From positions 1 to 53,982 of the forward strand of contig JAVECL010000100.1 of assembly GCA_051942245.1 (NCBI GenBank): a stretch of DNA of 53,982 bases, in the 5' to 3' direction. Of this stretch, positions 25,930 to 37,083 are shown piece after piece. The position numbers were made by a program, and so were the translations under genes. The notes under the pieces were generated by a model. The model saw nothing but the letters and a program-made list of their open reading frames with translations, had not been told where the DNA came from and did no database searches. This stretch comes from Trypethelium eluteriae. Taxonomy: Eukaryota. Within the stretch, counting starts at the first letter, position 1. Each line of letters opens with the position of its first letter.

Positions 25930-27874
25930 TGAATAGATAGTACTATTAAATGCGCTCTATCTTTTTCTTGTTTTTAATTAATTTTTAAAGCGTTGTGGTA
26001 GGCATAATTGTTGCTGAGGGCGCATACTAAAAGAACCCGCCTCTCCTACTTTAGAGACCTTAACAACTTTAACCTCCTTTATTACTGATTTAAAAAATAA
26101 TAAAGCTATTAATGTGGTGTTTTAAGAGGCTTATAACTCTAAAATAAGCTGCTTAACAGCCTTAAATTACTGCTAATCCTCCTCCTTTTGCAGAGCCTTT
26201 AAACACTTCTGCGTAGCTGCTTCCTCTCTCTTAATAGCTGCTTCTTGCTTTTATTTTTTAACCTCTAATACTTTAGTCTGCTTATTAAGAGCCCTCTATG
26301 CTTTTGTAGCTTCTTTTTTGGCGAGCTTTTTAGCCTGCTTAGCTTTCTTAGCCTTATTTTTATCTAATTAAGCTTATATTTTTGCCAGTAATAGGAACTA
26401 CACTTTTATAACCTTAGATAGTTTAAACACTAGCTTGGACTTATTCTTACAGCTCTTAAAAAGCCTAATAATATTATAAAGGTTTGTAATTTAATATTGC
26501 AGAAGCTCCAGCTCAGCAGTTAGGCTAAGGTAGCTATTAGCTAAGCGCTCGCCAGCAGCTATCTTATAAGGTCCTAATGCTTTATTAATAAAAGTTTTTG
26601 CTTACTGGTATATTTAAATATTTATATTTAATATTTCTGCAGCTTTATTTAATATTTTATTACACAGTTAACATAGCTTATTAAGCACTTTTAAAGGATT
26701 AAATAAATAGAGCCCAGTTTTTACCCACGCACCTTTAATACTAGATTTCTTAAAAGCAGTGTTTTAAGCAAGCTTAAATATAGGATAAAAGTCCCTTTTA
26801 AAGAAGCCCATAAGGCCTTAATACTTTGCTATTTACTTATTAAGCTTTATTAAGTAATATTGCGCAAAAGGGTTAAACAGCCCTATATCTAAAGGCTGAA
26901 GCTAGTAAGTTAAATAAGGTAGTAATTTTGCTATATAAATTTGGTGTTTTAAGCAATAATTAAGGAATGCTATAAAAAGGTAGCTATTATAACTATTAAT
27001 TATAAAAAGCTGTAGATTTTTTTTATTTTAAGCTTTCTACTTTATAAAGTAATTAAACATAATAATAAGCTACTTAATACCTAATTCCTTGTTTATTTAA
27101 CTGCTTAATAAGCTTATAAAAAATATTAAATCCTTCTTTGGGTTAAAGGCTTTAATTTATAAGTCCTGGAGGTTATATGTTTTGGCTAAATAAATTAAAG
27201 CAGGAGGTAATTTAATCCTATTTATATAAATAGCAGTAAGGACTGTAATCCAATCTTTAAAGCTATTTTATGCAGCACTAAGTAATTTATTATTTTTAAG
27301 AGCTTTTTTATTAAATATACAATATTATTTTTATATATAATTAATAAGAAAGCCCTTTTTATCCATATTATATGTATTTTAAGGGAGGATTTTATATTGC
27401 TTAATTTTTGAGTAAATCTGCTTAAAAATTAGTATATTAACCACCACTTTATAAGATGCTTATTAGGTTAAAATAAAGCTGTATTTATGTAGGATTCTCT
27501 GCCCGAATTTGCTTAAGATTAATTGCGCTTATAAAGTCGCTAAATAGCTCAAAAGAATGTAGAAATATAAAGCAAGAGACCTAGTTCTTTTTTAAGTAAA
27601 TTCCAGTAATATTTTTGCAGAATACTTATACCATTCTTGGCATAGGAGGGATTCCTTAATACGTAAGCTTGTTAATATAATTAATTAAAACACGCTGCTC
27701 CTGCGTAGTAAGGTTGGCGTTTGAATCTGCTTAAGCAACAGCCCGGTCGCGAGTCAACCCTCTATAACAGCGCGACAACGTTGAATCACATATTCCAAAC
27801 TTTCTGGCTGTAGCAGCGTAATCTTTCGCGCCTCGCAATTCTAAATCTGCAAGCGCCTCGTCAATCGGAGCCAT
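25930..27874 (-). pseudogene. RIP-mutated pogo/Fot1 transposase (HTH-psq, CENP-B HTH and DDE_1); 3' end approximate
   Basis: ATG 27874 MAPIDEALADLELRGAKDYAATARKFGICDSTLSR (HTH). Degenerate DDE motifs ILP*NTYNMDKKGFLI (from YNMDEKGF), WITVLTAI..LPPALIY and LLPYLTY*LQPLDIGLFNPFAQYY. Many TAA/TAG stops. Confidence 0.9.
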
Positions 27875-27923
27875 ATTGGTGGAGTTATTGGTTGTTGAAG
27901 TGGTGGAGGTGGACGTCAAAATT

Positions 27924-27965
27924 GCCTGCAGGAGATGGTGGGCTGCAGGTGGTGGGGCAGACGGA
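27924..27965 (-). repeat. Right terminal inverted repeat of the pogo/Fot1 element
   Basis: Reverse complement reads TCCGTCTGCCCCACCACCTGCAGCCCACCATCTCCTGCAGGC and is followed by TA on the + strand. Confidence 0.9.
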
Positions 27966-28231
27966 TAGTCGTTTTGGACGTCATTGGCGATTGTGCTGAG
28001 AACGTGCATATGCTCGTGGCCGTCCCGCCAATAACACACTTTGCAACCTACCTAATGCGCTCAATAGATGATCACTTGACCGCTGCCAGCCTTGCTATGA
28101 ACATCGAGTAATAATCTATAGCTTGCGGGTCTTCCCTCCTGGATCAATCGCGGCTGATCGTCAACCAACAATGTTGATGAAAAATGTCCTCAAGAGCAGG
28201 ATGAGGCAACCTCAACTTGGATGCATTCTCA

Positions 28232-30338
28232 ATGCCTGCTACTGAAAAATCTTCGAGGGGTCGTTCTAACTCCCGCAAAGCAAAGCAGCCTAGAGCCAAG
28301 CCAAGACCAACAAGCCAAGCCCGGATACAAGGAGCTTCCGGGCAGTCTCTGAAGTCTGCAAGTAAAAAAAAAAGACCTGAGGTACGTCTTGAAATCCTAA
28401 GAATGGAACAAATCGCGTACTGCTTTTTGTAAAAATGGCATCGTCACTTACTAGTATTCTATCTAAAATCTGTGGCTTACATCTCACAAGACTAGTCCAA
28501 CGGCTGTACTTCCAGGACCAAGGAGACACACCCGAACCTCCAAAGGCTCTCCTCTTGTGAAGCCCAGAGATGATATTAATAAACTCACCGGCAAGAGCAA
28601 GCAGAAGCTAGAGGTATCATCTCCTGTTGTTGAACCTACAACTCCGGCGGAGTCAGTATTGGAAACACATCACATATATCAGGAGGCGGTTATCCCCCAT
28701 CCATTTGCCCAGCCTCTTCCCAATATAGAAGAAGCTTTAGAGGCGGCGTTTGAAGGGCAACAAGACTTACCGGAAACCCATGTGCCATCATCTCATGACT
28801 TTCACGGTGAGGAATCCACTAGCGTCCACGATCCTACCGATTCCACCGATTCTGATGTCGCGTCTTGGTTGGGGGGCCAGTCAGACGCTGAAAACACTTT
28901 TCTTCAGCGTAACGGCTATACCGTTCCATTGAGCAACGAGGCCTTAGCTGCTATTCGAGTAGTACTCGGTAAAGAAGCAGCAATAGAAATGGCGTCTATC
29001 AGGGCTGACAGCTCTGATTTCCAGTCAACCTTGCTAGAAGATCGCAATGTACAGCTTGAGGAGACTACTCAGTGGATAGACCCGGAATGGGAATATTTAC
29101 ACACATACGACTTTGGTCGAAAACCAGACGAGCCTTCTATCACCAATTTCCTCGATCGATTATGGCTAGCAGACCTTGACTTTTGCAGAGGCCAACAGGA
29201 GGCGATGTTTCAACGAACTGTCATGATGGCGATGATCAATCGACATCAGCTTATCTCCGCGGGGAATGAGAAGCCAACAGATCTTTCGAAAAGCGTTTTG
29301 ATGTTCAGTGTCGAAGCTACATGGAACTGCCCTCCAATGCCGACGCGGAGGTACTGGAACCCTACTGGAAAAGAGTCAAAAATTTGGACTACTTATCCAA
29401 AGCCAGACCTTTGTGTTTCATTTCGTAGACACAACATCATCGAAAAAGGTGATTGGAATACACTACCCAATGCAACTCGACACCTCATTTGCTATGAGGG
29501 TATAAAAGGTGGATTCAATGAGGCAGACAGAGCTTTCGGGTTCTTCTTCGTCGAGGCTAAGAGATCTAGGTTTCACCCAGACCATGAGGTAACTCTACAC
29601 CAGGTTCTCAATGACGCCAGCCAAGCACTCCATAATATGTATGAATTCTTCAGAGAAGCACAGCAACTCCAAGTATTTTTTGACCGCGTTCGAGTATTTT
29701 CCGCTGCAACATCAGAAAAAGGCATCATAGTACGTGTGCATCGGGCAACGGAGCTCCCCGAGAACGCAAAATCAACCCGCATCGTTCCGGAATATCCTCT
29801 CCAGTTCGAGCACCAGACGTATCAGAGTTTCAACCGTGAGGAATTCGATCGATCGAAGGTTGTTGAAGCATTTGAGAGAATCATAGTTGGCTATGGAGAA
29901 AGACAGCTGCTGGAACTTCTCAAGAAAGCTGCTGCAGATGTCGGCAAGAAAGCAAATCATGAATGGGTAAGAAACAAGTACGTTGTAAATCCGGCAGCCT
30001 TCAACGATTACCGCTACGGCCAATATGGTGGGCGTAGCAGCACAACGGCTAGCAAGCTCCAAACGCCAGCTATTGAAGGCAGCCAGTCAGCGCGCACAAC
30101 GTCCATGCCACCACCGAGCACATCCACATTCATGCAAGGAAGTCACACTTCCGGCCAAAAAGAAGTGATTGACCAAACGATGGGGAGAAGGTCTTCCTTA
30201 AGTCAAGGTGTCGCAGAACTACAAACAGGCAGTTTCGGCTCTCAGAGCTCAGAAGGCTCTCGGAAGCGGACTCGAGATACCACGACCACAAAGCAACGCG
30301 GCAATGCCAATAAGAAGCGAAAGGCCAACGAACAATAA
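28232..30338 (+). CDS. Hypothetical protein with a PD-(D/E)xK-like (DUF7924-type) domain and disordered basic termini; intron 28382-28490
   Basis: Exon 1 MPATEKSSRG..KKKRPE joins the 593-codon ORF in frame via GTACGT..AAG. Core motifs EAMFQRTVMM, YPKPDLCVSF, FFFVEAKR, QVLNDASQALHNM and RVFSAA..IIVRVH. NLS-like ends. Confidence 0.75.
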
Positions 30339-31538
30339 GTAATGTACTCCAGCATCTTTAACAGCTCTGGCAACAAGCTTCAATGAGTTCCGACACTTTC
30401 AGAAGGGGAGGGGCAGTCCTACATACAATTGCTCCCCGAAATTAACTGTTGAAAGTGCTACTCGTCCGTAAGGTCAGCTCAAAGGATAGCTATAATAATC
30501 CCTTACTTCCACTAATTAGTCTCACAGCACTTGCAAAGCTTCACAGCCCGCTAAAGACCCACACGTCTCCCTTGTCCGAACGAGCGACGCCGGTTCTGCT
30601 GCCACTACTTCACTAATCGTAGGTTTTCTTACTCTCTCTACGTCGGTCAAACACACAAAGGTTTTATTTCAGTATAGTGTTTGTCCCATGGATTTCCCTT
30701 CTCGTCCACAGACTCTCTTATCCTCCCGCCCTACATTCTCTCCTTCCCTTCCATACCTCACCCGTTCTCGGCAGCTAGCTATCGTCGGTTGAGTTGAAGA
30801 GGCCCGTCTCTTTTGGACCACATGTGGTTATGTGTAGATTCGAGGACTTTGAGCGTATTTTGTAGAGTGTTTCCGCCTACCCGATCTCACCTTCTAGGCA
30901 GAAGACCAGACCTAATAATCTCTGAATAATGAATTTATTAAAATTATCTTAGAAATAAGAGTTAGTACAATAGAGCAAGAATCATCGCCGATAAGCGGGA
31001 ATCATTGTATGGTATAGGTAAAGGTATTAATAGCAAGATCGCCGTTTTGTCCTCATCGAGCAAGAAAGGCAGATCAAGATTCAGTAAATTTGTCATTAAG
31101 CAATAATATACTTTTAAAAATAAAACTCTCCCTATTATCGACGGAGGTAAATTAGTTGAGCTAATGTGTGAAAGTGGTGTACTACTAGAGTGGTCCGGAT
31201 CTCGGTGGCCTGACTTATTACTGGGATTAACAGGTCCTCTCCTTCCGGCGAGTGTGTCGGCTAGCTCCGCCGGTATCGCCAATCATTTCACGCTAAAGAG
31301 GACCTAATCTATTCGAGAGATTCGTGCAGTAGTCTGGTTAGATCGCATTGGCAATGGAGAAGATTGGGCACTATATTACTTGGCTTACACAAGCTAATTA
31401 AAGACATGAGTCTCTTGTCCCCTTCCAGCATCTCGTCTGTCTGCTGACGACCTAGCTTCAAGAAGGGGGCCTCGATACAGGACTCGCTTCTTAGAGCGCT
31501 GTACTCGCATCGTCTTAATCACTAGAAAAGGCTTCATT

Positions 31539-33138
31539 ATGTCTGAAAAGAAAAATGAAGCTACCAATATCACGGAGGTGGCCAACGATGAGACAGTGCT
31601 TGCGCGCTTTGGCAAGCGGCAACAACTCAGGGTATGGAGATAAGACCACAATAAACGCAACTTCGATCGACACTCACAGACTTTTGCAGAGAGGCTTCTC
31701 GACGGTTTCGGCCATTGGACTTACCTGTGCCCTCATGCTGACCTGGGATGTGCTCATAATGACGCTTCAATATGGATTGCAGAATGGAGGGCCAGCAGGC
31801 TTGTTCTATGGCTACATTGTGGCCTGGGTAGGCGCGACTTTGCAAGCCCTAGTCATGGCCGAGATGGCTTCCATGATCCCGCTCGCCGGAGGACCGTTCA
31901 ACTGGGTCTCTATTCTGGCTCCTCCTTGGTGCAGGAAGTTTCTCAGCTACCTCGCGGGCTGGATTAGTGTCATTGCATGGCAAGCGCTTGTTGCCGGCAC
32001 CAGCTTTGTCTGCGGCACTATTGTCCAGGGAATGCTAATTCTGAACCATCCTACCTACATTCCTCAGCGATGGCATGGGACTCTTCTGACGTGTGCAATG
32101 TTGGCCGTTGCACTGCTTATAAACCTGTTGTTGGGACGCCGGCTTCCGAAATTCGAGATACTTATGTTGGGAGTGTTTATAGCAGGATTCATAGGTATCC
32201 TCGTCCCTATCACGCGCTTGTCGACGCATAAATCTGCCGACGAAGTCTTTAAGGTCTTCCAAAATCTGGGAGAATGGAAGACGCAAGGCCTTTCCTTCTT
32301 CGTTGGGATCATTACGGCAGTCAACTGCTTTCTTGGATTTGATGCTACCGACCATATTGCCGAAGAGATTGAAAACGCTGCCAAGGTGATACCGCTTGCC
32401 ATGATATCATCAGTGACTTTGAACGGTGTCTTGGGACTTGGCATGCTTGTGGCTTTGCTCTTCTGCATGGGAGATATCGTGGCAGCAACACAGTCTGCGA
32501 CCGGCTATCCGTTCATTGACATCTTCACCTATGCGGTTGGCTCGGTACGCGGTGGCACTGCGTTAACCTGCACTATTCTAACAATCAATATCTTTTCCTT
32601 GGTGGGCGTCGTTGCAACGGCATCGCGCATGCTATGGGCCTTCTCTCGAGAGAAGGGCGTACCTTTCTCCAGGCACGTATCAAAGATACATCTCGGAACC
32701 CGAATGCCAATCGTCGCCATTGTCGTTACCGTGATTTTGAATGGACTGATCTCTTTCATTAATATTGGCTCCTCGGTAGCCCTACAGGCGTTCATAGGTG
32801 TCTTCGTCGCAGCATACTACTCCTCTTTCTTCATGTGTGCAGGCATAATGCTCCATAAGCGGTTGACGACAGCTGAGTCCGCCATTCCATGGGGCCCGTT
32901 TCGACTTAGGAGATTTGGGGTTCCTGTCACCATCATCGCAATAATGTATACGATGATTGGGTTCATTTTCTCGTTCTGGCCATACACTCCGGCTGTGACG
33001 CCTTCGAATATGAATTACAACATAGTCCTTTTCGGAGGCACGATATTATTCGCTCTTTTCTTCTGGGCATTCTGGGGCCGGAAGGTGTACAAGGGGCCGA
33101 TTGTTGAGGTGCAAGGCTCTGTCATCGAAGTCATATAG
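31539..33138 (+). CDS. APC-superfamily amino-acid/choline/GABA permease (Hnm1/Uga4-like); intron about 31632-31689
   Basis: True start ATG 31539 MSEKKNE..DETVLARFGKRQQLR|RGFSTVS, then NGGPAGL, MAEMASMIPLAGGPFNWV, HIAEEIENA, ASRMLWAFSREKGVPFS, MNYN and YKGP. Confidence 0.92.
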
Positions 33139-33670
33139 GTTTCTCAAATCAGAGCTTGTGGTTATGGATTTTCCGCGGTAGCATGCTGAACTAGCACTTC
33201 AAGACTGAAAGCCGCTTGTGTATTGCCGTGAGAGCCGTGCTGAGCGGGGTTCTAGGACCTTGCTGCGTATCTGGAGCTTGGAAGTAAGGTAGCTTTCAAG
33301 AGGGTGGAATTGGCGGACGTGGCAATTCTGCAATGGCGGTGCTATCACGAAAAAAATTTGGGCTGGAGAGGCGAGAAACCTATCATGTGCCGGACAAGAT
33401 AGATAAATGAAAGCGTGATATAGGCTTCGACCTGCTAATGTGATGCAAAGGCCTGTAGTGGTTAGATAAGCGGTGGAGAAGCTCAGAAGATATGCTGATC
33501 GCTGTATGAAAGGCGCCAATACTGATCGGACTTAGCGTATTTTCTCGCGTGGAAGTCTCCCCTCAGTTTAAAGCCAACGATGTCACTACAATACAATCGT
33601 TAATCCCCTAGGCTTTCACGCTCAAGACACAACACTGTCCTTGAAAGATGAAAGAGTACTACTTGGCCAC

Positions 33671-33835
33671 TTACGTCAAGAGCATGGCTCGAGCAGTCGG
33701 CCCATGCTTCTTTTCTGTCCCAATGACGAATTCATCACTCCTTGGCATGACATCCTCTGCCTGCGCATCTGTCAATTTGAAGTCGAAGTTTGATATCAAG
33801 GTTGCGATGCTGATGTACAGTCCGGTCCAGCATTT
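33671..33835 (-). pseudogene. Isolated C-terminal fragment of a cytochrome P450
   Basis: GLYISIATLISNFDFKLTDAQAEDVMPRSDEFVIGT resembles the post-heme-Cys tail of fungal secondary-metabolism CYPs (ELY..IA.L...FDF.......ED....SD.F..GT). I saw no upstream FxxGxRxC, ExxR or PERW. Confidence 0.55.
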
Positions 33836-34463
33836 GCTACCTATAGTTGTACCAAAATTCAGTAACAGCCAAAGTATTGTCGGTGGCAACCTAGAGCTGG
33901 GTCGAGTACCGTGGTTCGGGTGAGTTCCCATGTTCACAAAGACAACGGCCCTATCCGTGCACGATGCCGTTATCCGTGTATAGCCAATGAAAGTTGAAGA
34001 GAGAGAGCATCACTCAATGGAGAGTGAGAGGTAACTTGTCACGCGTGTCAAGTGTCCACAGGTCAGCTGCTGTTCGCGAGCCAGGAAAACCGCGTGAGGT
34101 CTCAAATTTAAAGGCCCCGTTCAAGTAAAGTGAAGATTTTGGACGAAGTTTCGATACCAACTTGAGGAGTAGTCCCAAGGAGTGCTGCTCACTTTCACGT
34201 TCACATTCTAGGCACTGTGAAACTTTTGAATGGCAAAAGGAAAGCTCGGCTGCCTATCTTGAGACTGCATCATGTACCATGTTCGCCCCCAACAGTGTTC
34301 GCAACACTAACTGTTTGTCCAGTGCTACATGGCTGACCTTTCCCTTTTTGCTTGGCTAAAAGCACCCACGTTCAGAGTCCTCCATTAGGCATAGAACACT
34401 CTTATCTCAGAGCTCAAACTCTCTGGCCCCATTGGAAGCCTTCGGCCGTAGGTGGACGGAAGC

Positions 34464-36378
34464 ATGCCTCAAGAGGTGTGAAGTGAAATCCGTTCTTCGC
34501 ACACCAAGGTCGCCCCAAGAGAGAGGCAAACAGATGGAATCCAGAACTCTACCCAAGAAAGTACAATAGACATCAATTGTCCCACAAATACTCGAGCGAG
34601 CCCCTCAGAACTGGAATTGCAACAGGACACCAAGATTCAACCACGGCCGTCCGAGCTCCCCAATCTCGCTGTCGAGATCATCTTCATTCTTGTCTGCTCT
34701 GTTGGCCAGTTTCTCTTCGCACTACTTATCGGCAATGTTCACGTCAATCAGCTGGTATTGATCAATAGCTTTGATATTCCTGGCTCGCGGACCCCTTGGC
34801 TAGTTGGCAGCTTTCTGGTTGCGAATGGAGTATCAGTCAGCATCTGCGGGTCCTTGATGGACCTGGTGCCTCCAAGGCGTTTCGTACTCGCATCATTTGT
34901 CCGGTTGACAATATGGAAGCTCATCGGGGCGCTAACAGTCTCAACTGCATCACGATGGCCGATGTTCCTTACTGTTAGAGTGATGCAGGGTCTAGCCTTG
35001 GGAGCTCTCCTATCTGGTTCTATAAGCATATTGGGTAGACTTTACAAGCCAGGGCTCCGAAAGACCCGTGCCTTTGCCCTGATGGCATGCTTTCCGCCGT
35101 TGGGATTTCCAGTAGGTTTGCTGCAAGGGGGTGCCCTGACAAAGCATCAAGGACGGGTATTCGGTTCGACAGGTAAGTGACTTTAACCTACTTCTTTCAG
35201 CCTCCAGTGGGCCTCATTTCTCATTGCAACTCTCGAGTCGCAAGATTCTCCAAAGTCGCGATGGTCTTTTGACAGGCCGGGACGAATTTGTTTCTCGATA
35301 ACCCAGTTTATTGAACTCAATCTAAGCATTGCTTGCAGCGATCTTGACTGGCATTTGCACTGTAGCTGCCTTCTTCACAATTCCTGCTCTTCGACCAACT
35401 AGAATGGACGACTCGAGAGAAATATCAATCCGCGATTTTGATGTCCCTGGCGCAGCGGTGCTAATAATTGCAAACGTAATGATTCTCTTCGGTGTGACCC
35501 AAGGCTCTACGAACCAGTGGGCCCCCTACACATATTCGGTGGCAATAGTGGGTTGCATGTTTCTATGCGCGTTTTATTTCCTGGAAAGGTACACCTCCCG
35601 TCCACTCGTACCACCACAGTTATGGAATAGCAAGGGGTTTACCTCCCTGATAATCTCATTTGCCCTGTCCTTTGGGTCCTGGCGTAAGTGGGCAAATTTT
35701 ATTCCATAATGTGACATGCAAAATTTGGAATCGCAGCTGACGCAAAGCCTCGCAGTTGGTGCCTGGCAGCCCTTCGCAGTCCAATACTTCCTATTCATCC
35801 GGCACACTTCACCATTCCAGACGGCACTCTACTGGATACCCAACGCTATCGCTGGGATTGTCGCTGTCTATGTCATCCAATACACCATACATCGCTTCGC
35901 GAGCCAATGGATCTTTTCAGTCGGCATGCTGGCGTGCGCTATATCGCCGGCGTTCTTTCTCCCGCTTACACCTAAAACGAATTACTGGGCCTTAGCCATG
36001 CCTGGTATAGGGCTCGGTACCTTCGGTCCTGATCTGTCCTTCGTCACAGCCAGCATCTTCATTACCAGCAGCGTACCCAAAAGCTACCAAGGTGCGGCAG
36101 GCAGCCTGCTCATCACCATCGAAAACCTGAGTGGCGCTGTCTTCGTGGCGGTGGCAGGAGCAATAGGTACAGCTGTAAATGACGCACAGGGGGCCCATGG
36201 CGATGATGGCAAAGGAGCAGGTTGGGGCCAAGGACCTGGTACCAATTTAAAGGGCTTGAAGGCGTGTTGGTGGCTCGGCCTCTCCACGTCGATATTCGCG
36301 GCAATCTTGACCGCTGCAACTGTGAGGGTTAGGAAGGCGGAGGAGGGTGATCATGTGGCTGAGTTTCGCGAGGGCTGA
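34464..36378 (+). pseudogene. MFS drug transporter (DHA2, Atr1-like), 3 exons, probably disrupted by an early in-frame TGA at 34479
   Basis: Multi-TM ORF pieces with PWLVGSFLVANG, VRVMQGL..G.L.SGSISILGRLYKPG.RKTRAF, RDFDVPGA, RPLVPPQLW and GPDLSF.TASIFITSSVPKSYQGAAGSL. The only nearby in-frame upstream ATG (34464) reads ATG CCT CAA GAG GTG TGA. Confidence 0.65.
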
Positions 36379-37083
36379 TTGACCTGGTAGCTGGAAGCTG
36401 CAGCTTAAGGGCACGGGCGAAATCAACGGTGGCGTTCGGAGCAAGTCCGTCCAGGCGATCCAGGCCGCTGAGGGCCAGAACATCCATTGGGAAAATGAAC
36501 AGGCGCACACGGAGCGAGGAAGTATCATATTACGCCAGCAGACGACCTTTCCTCGAGCGAGAACCAGGCGGGCTATTACAACCCGGCGAAGTAGCCGAAT
36601 TACTTTGCCGTAGATCGCCATGATTCTAGTATATCAACAAACATGCTTGCTTGAAAATCCTGATGTTGTTCTAACACAGGCTGGTATTAAGATTTTCGTG
36701 AATTTCAGAGCCAAAGTGAATTTTGTATGGTCCGACACTGGATTTCTTTTGACCTCTATCTACATGCTCAGATATCTCAATGTCCACTCGTCCTCGATTC
36801 CCCATTGAGTTTTTCTTATCGCGGCAATATCCTTGGAACCGACGAGGGCAGTAAAAAGTTAAACCAGGCTCCGGCTCGTCTGTTGGCTCTGAGCGTCGTC
36901 CACCACGTCAATCCCAGAAAAGACATGATGTGCTGACTGATAAGCAGACACAAGGAGATTGAGTTTTTAAGAACTAATATTAATGTAATTTCTTCGCCGT
37001 GAGCGTCCTACCCATCTAGAACGAGAACATCGGTCGGTCGATCTCTTTTCTTTATCGTACTGTATTCCGTCTTCTTTCCTGCT

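Larger units (their letters stand above)
25816..27965 (-). mobile_element. Full-length (2150 bp) pogo/Fot1-type Tc1-mariner DNA transposon inactivated by RIP
   Basis: 42-bp imperfect TIRs, TA on both flanks (25814-25815 and 27966-27967), an AT/TpA-rich interior and a degenerate DDE transposase. Confidence 0.93.

Noticed and set aside
25753..28111. 68-codon ORF re-formed when the transposon is removed in silico (MVREIVQNPG..STI|VVLDVIGD..)
   Set aside because: Short and with no recognisable similarity. An open frame of this length can occur by chance.
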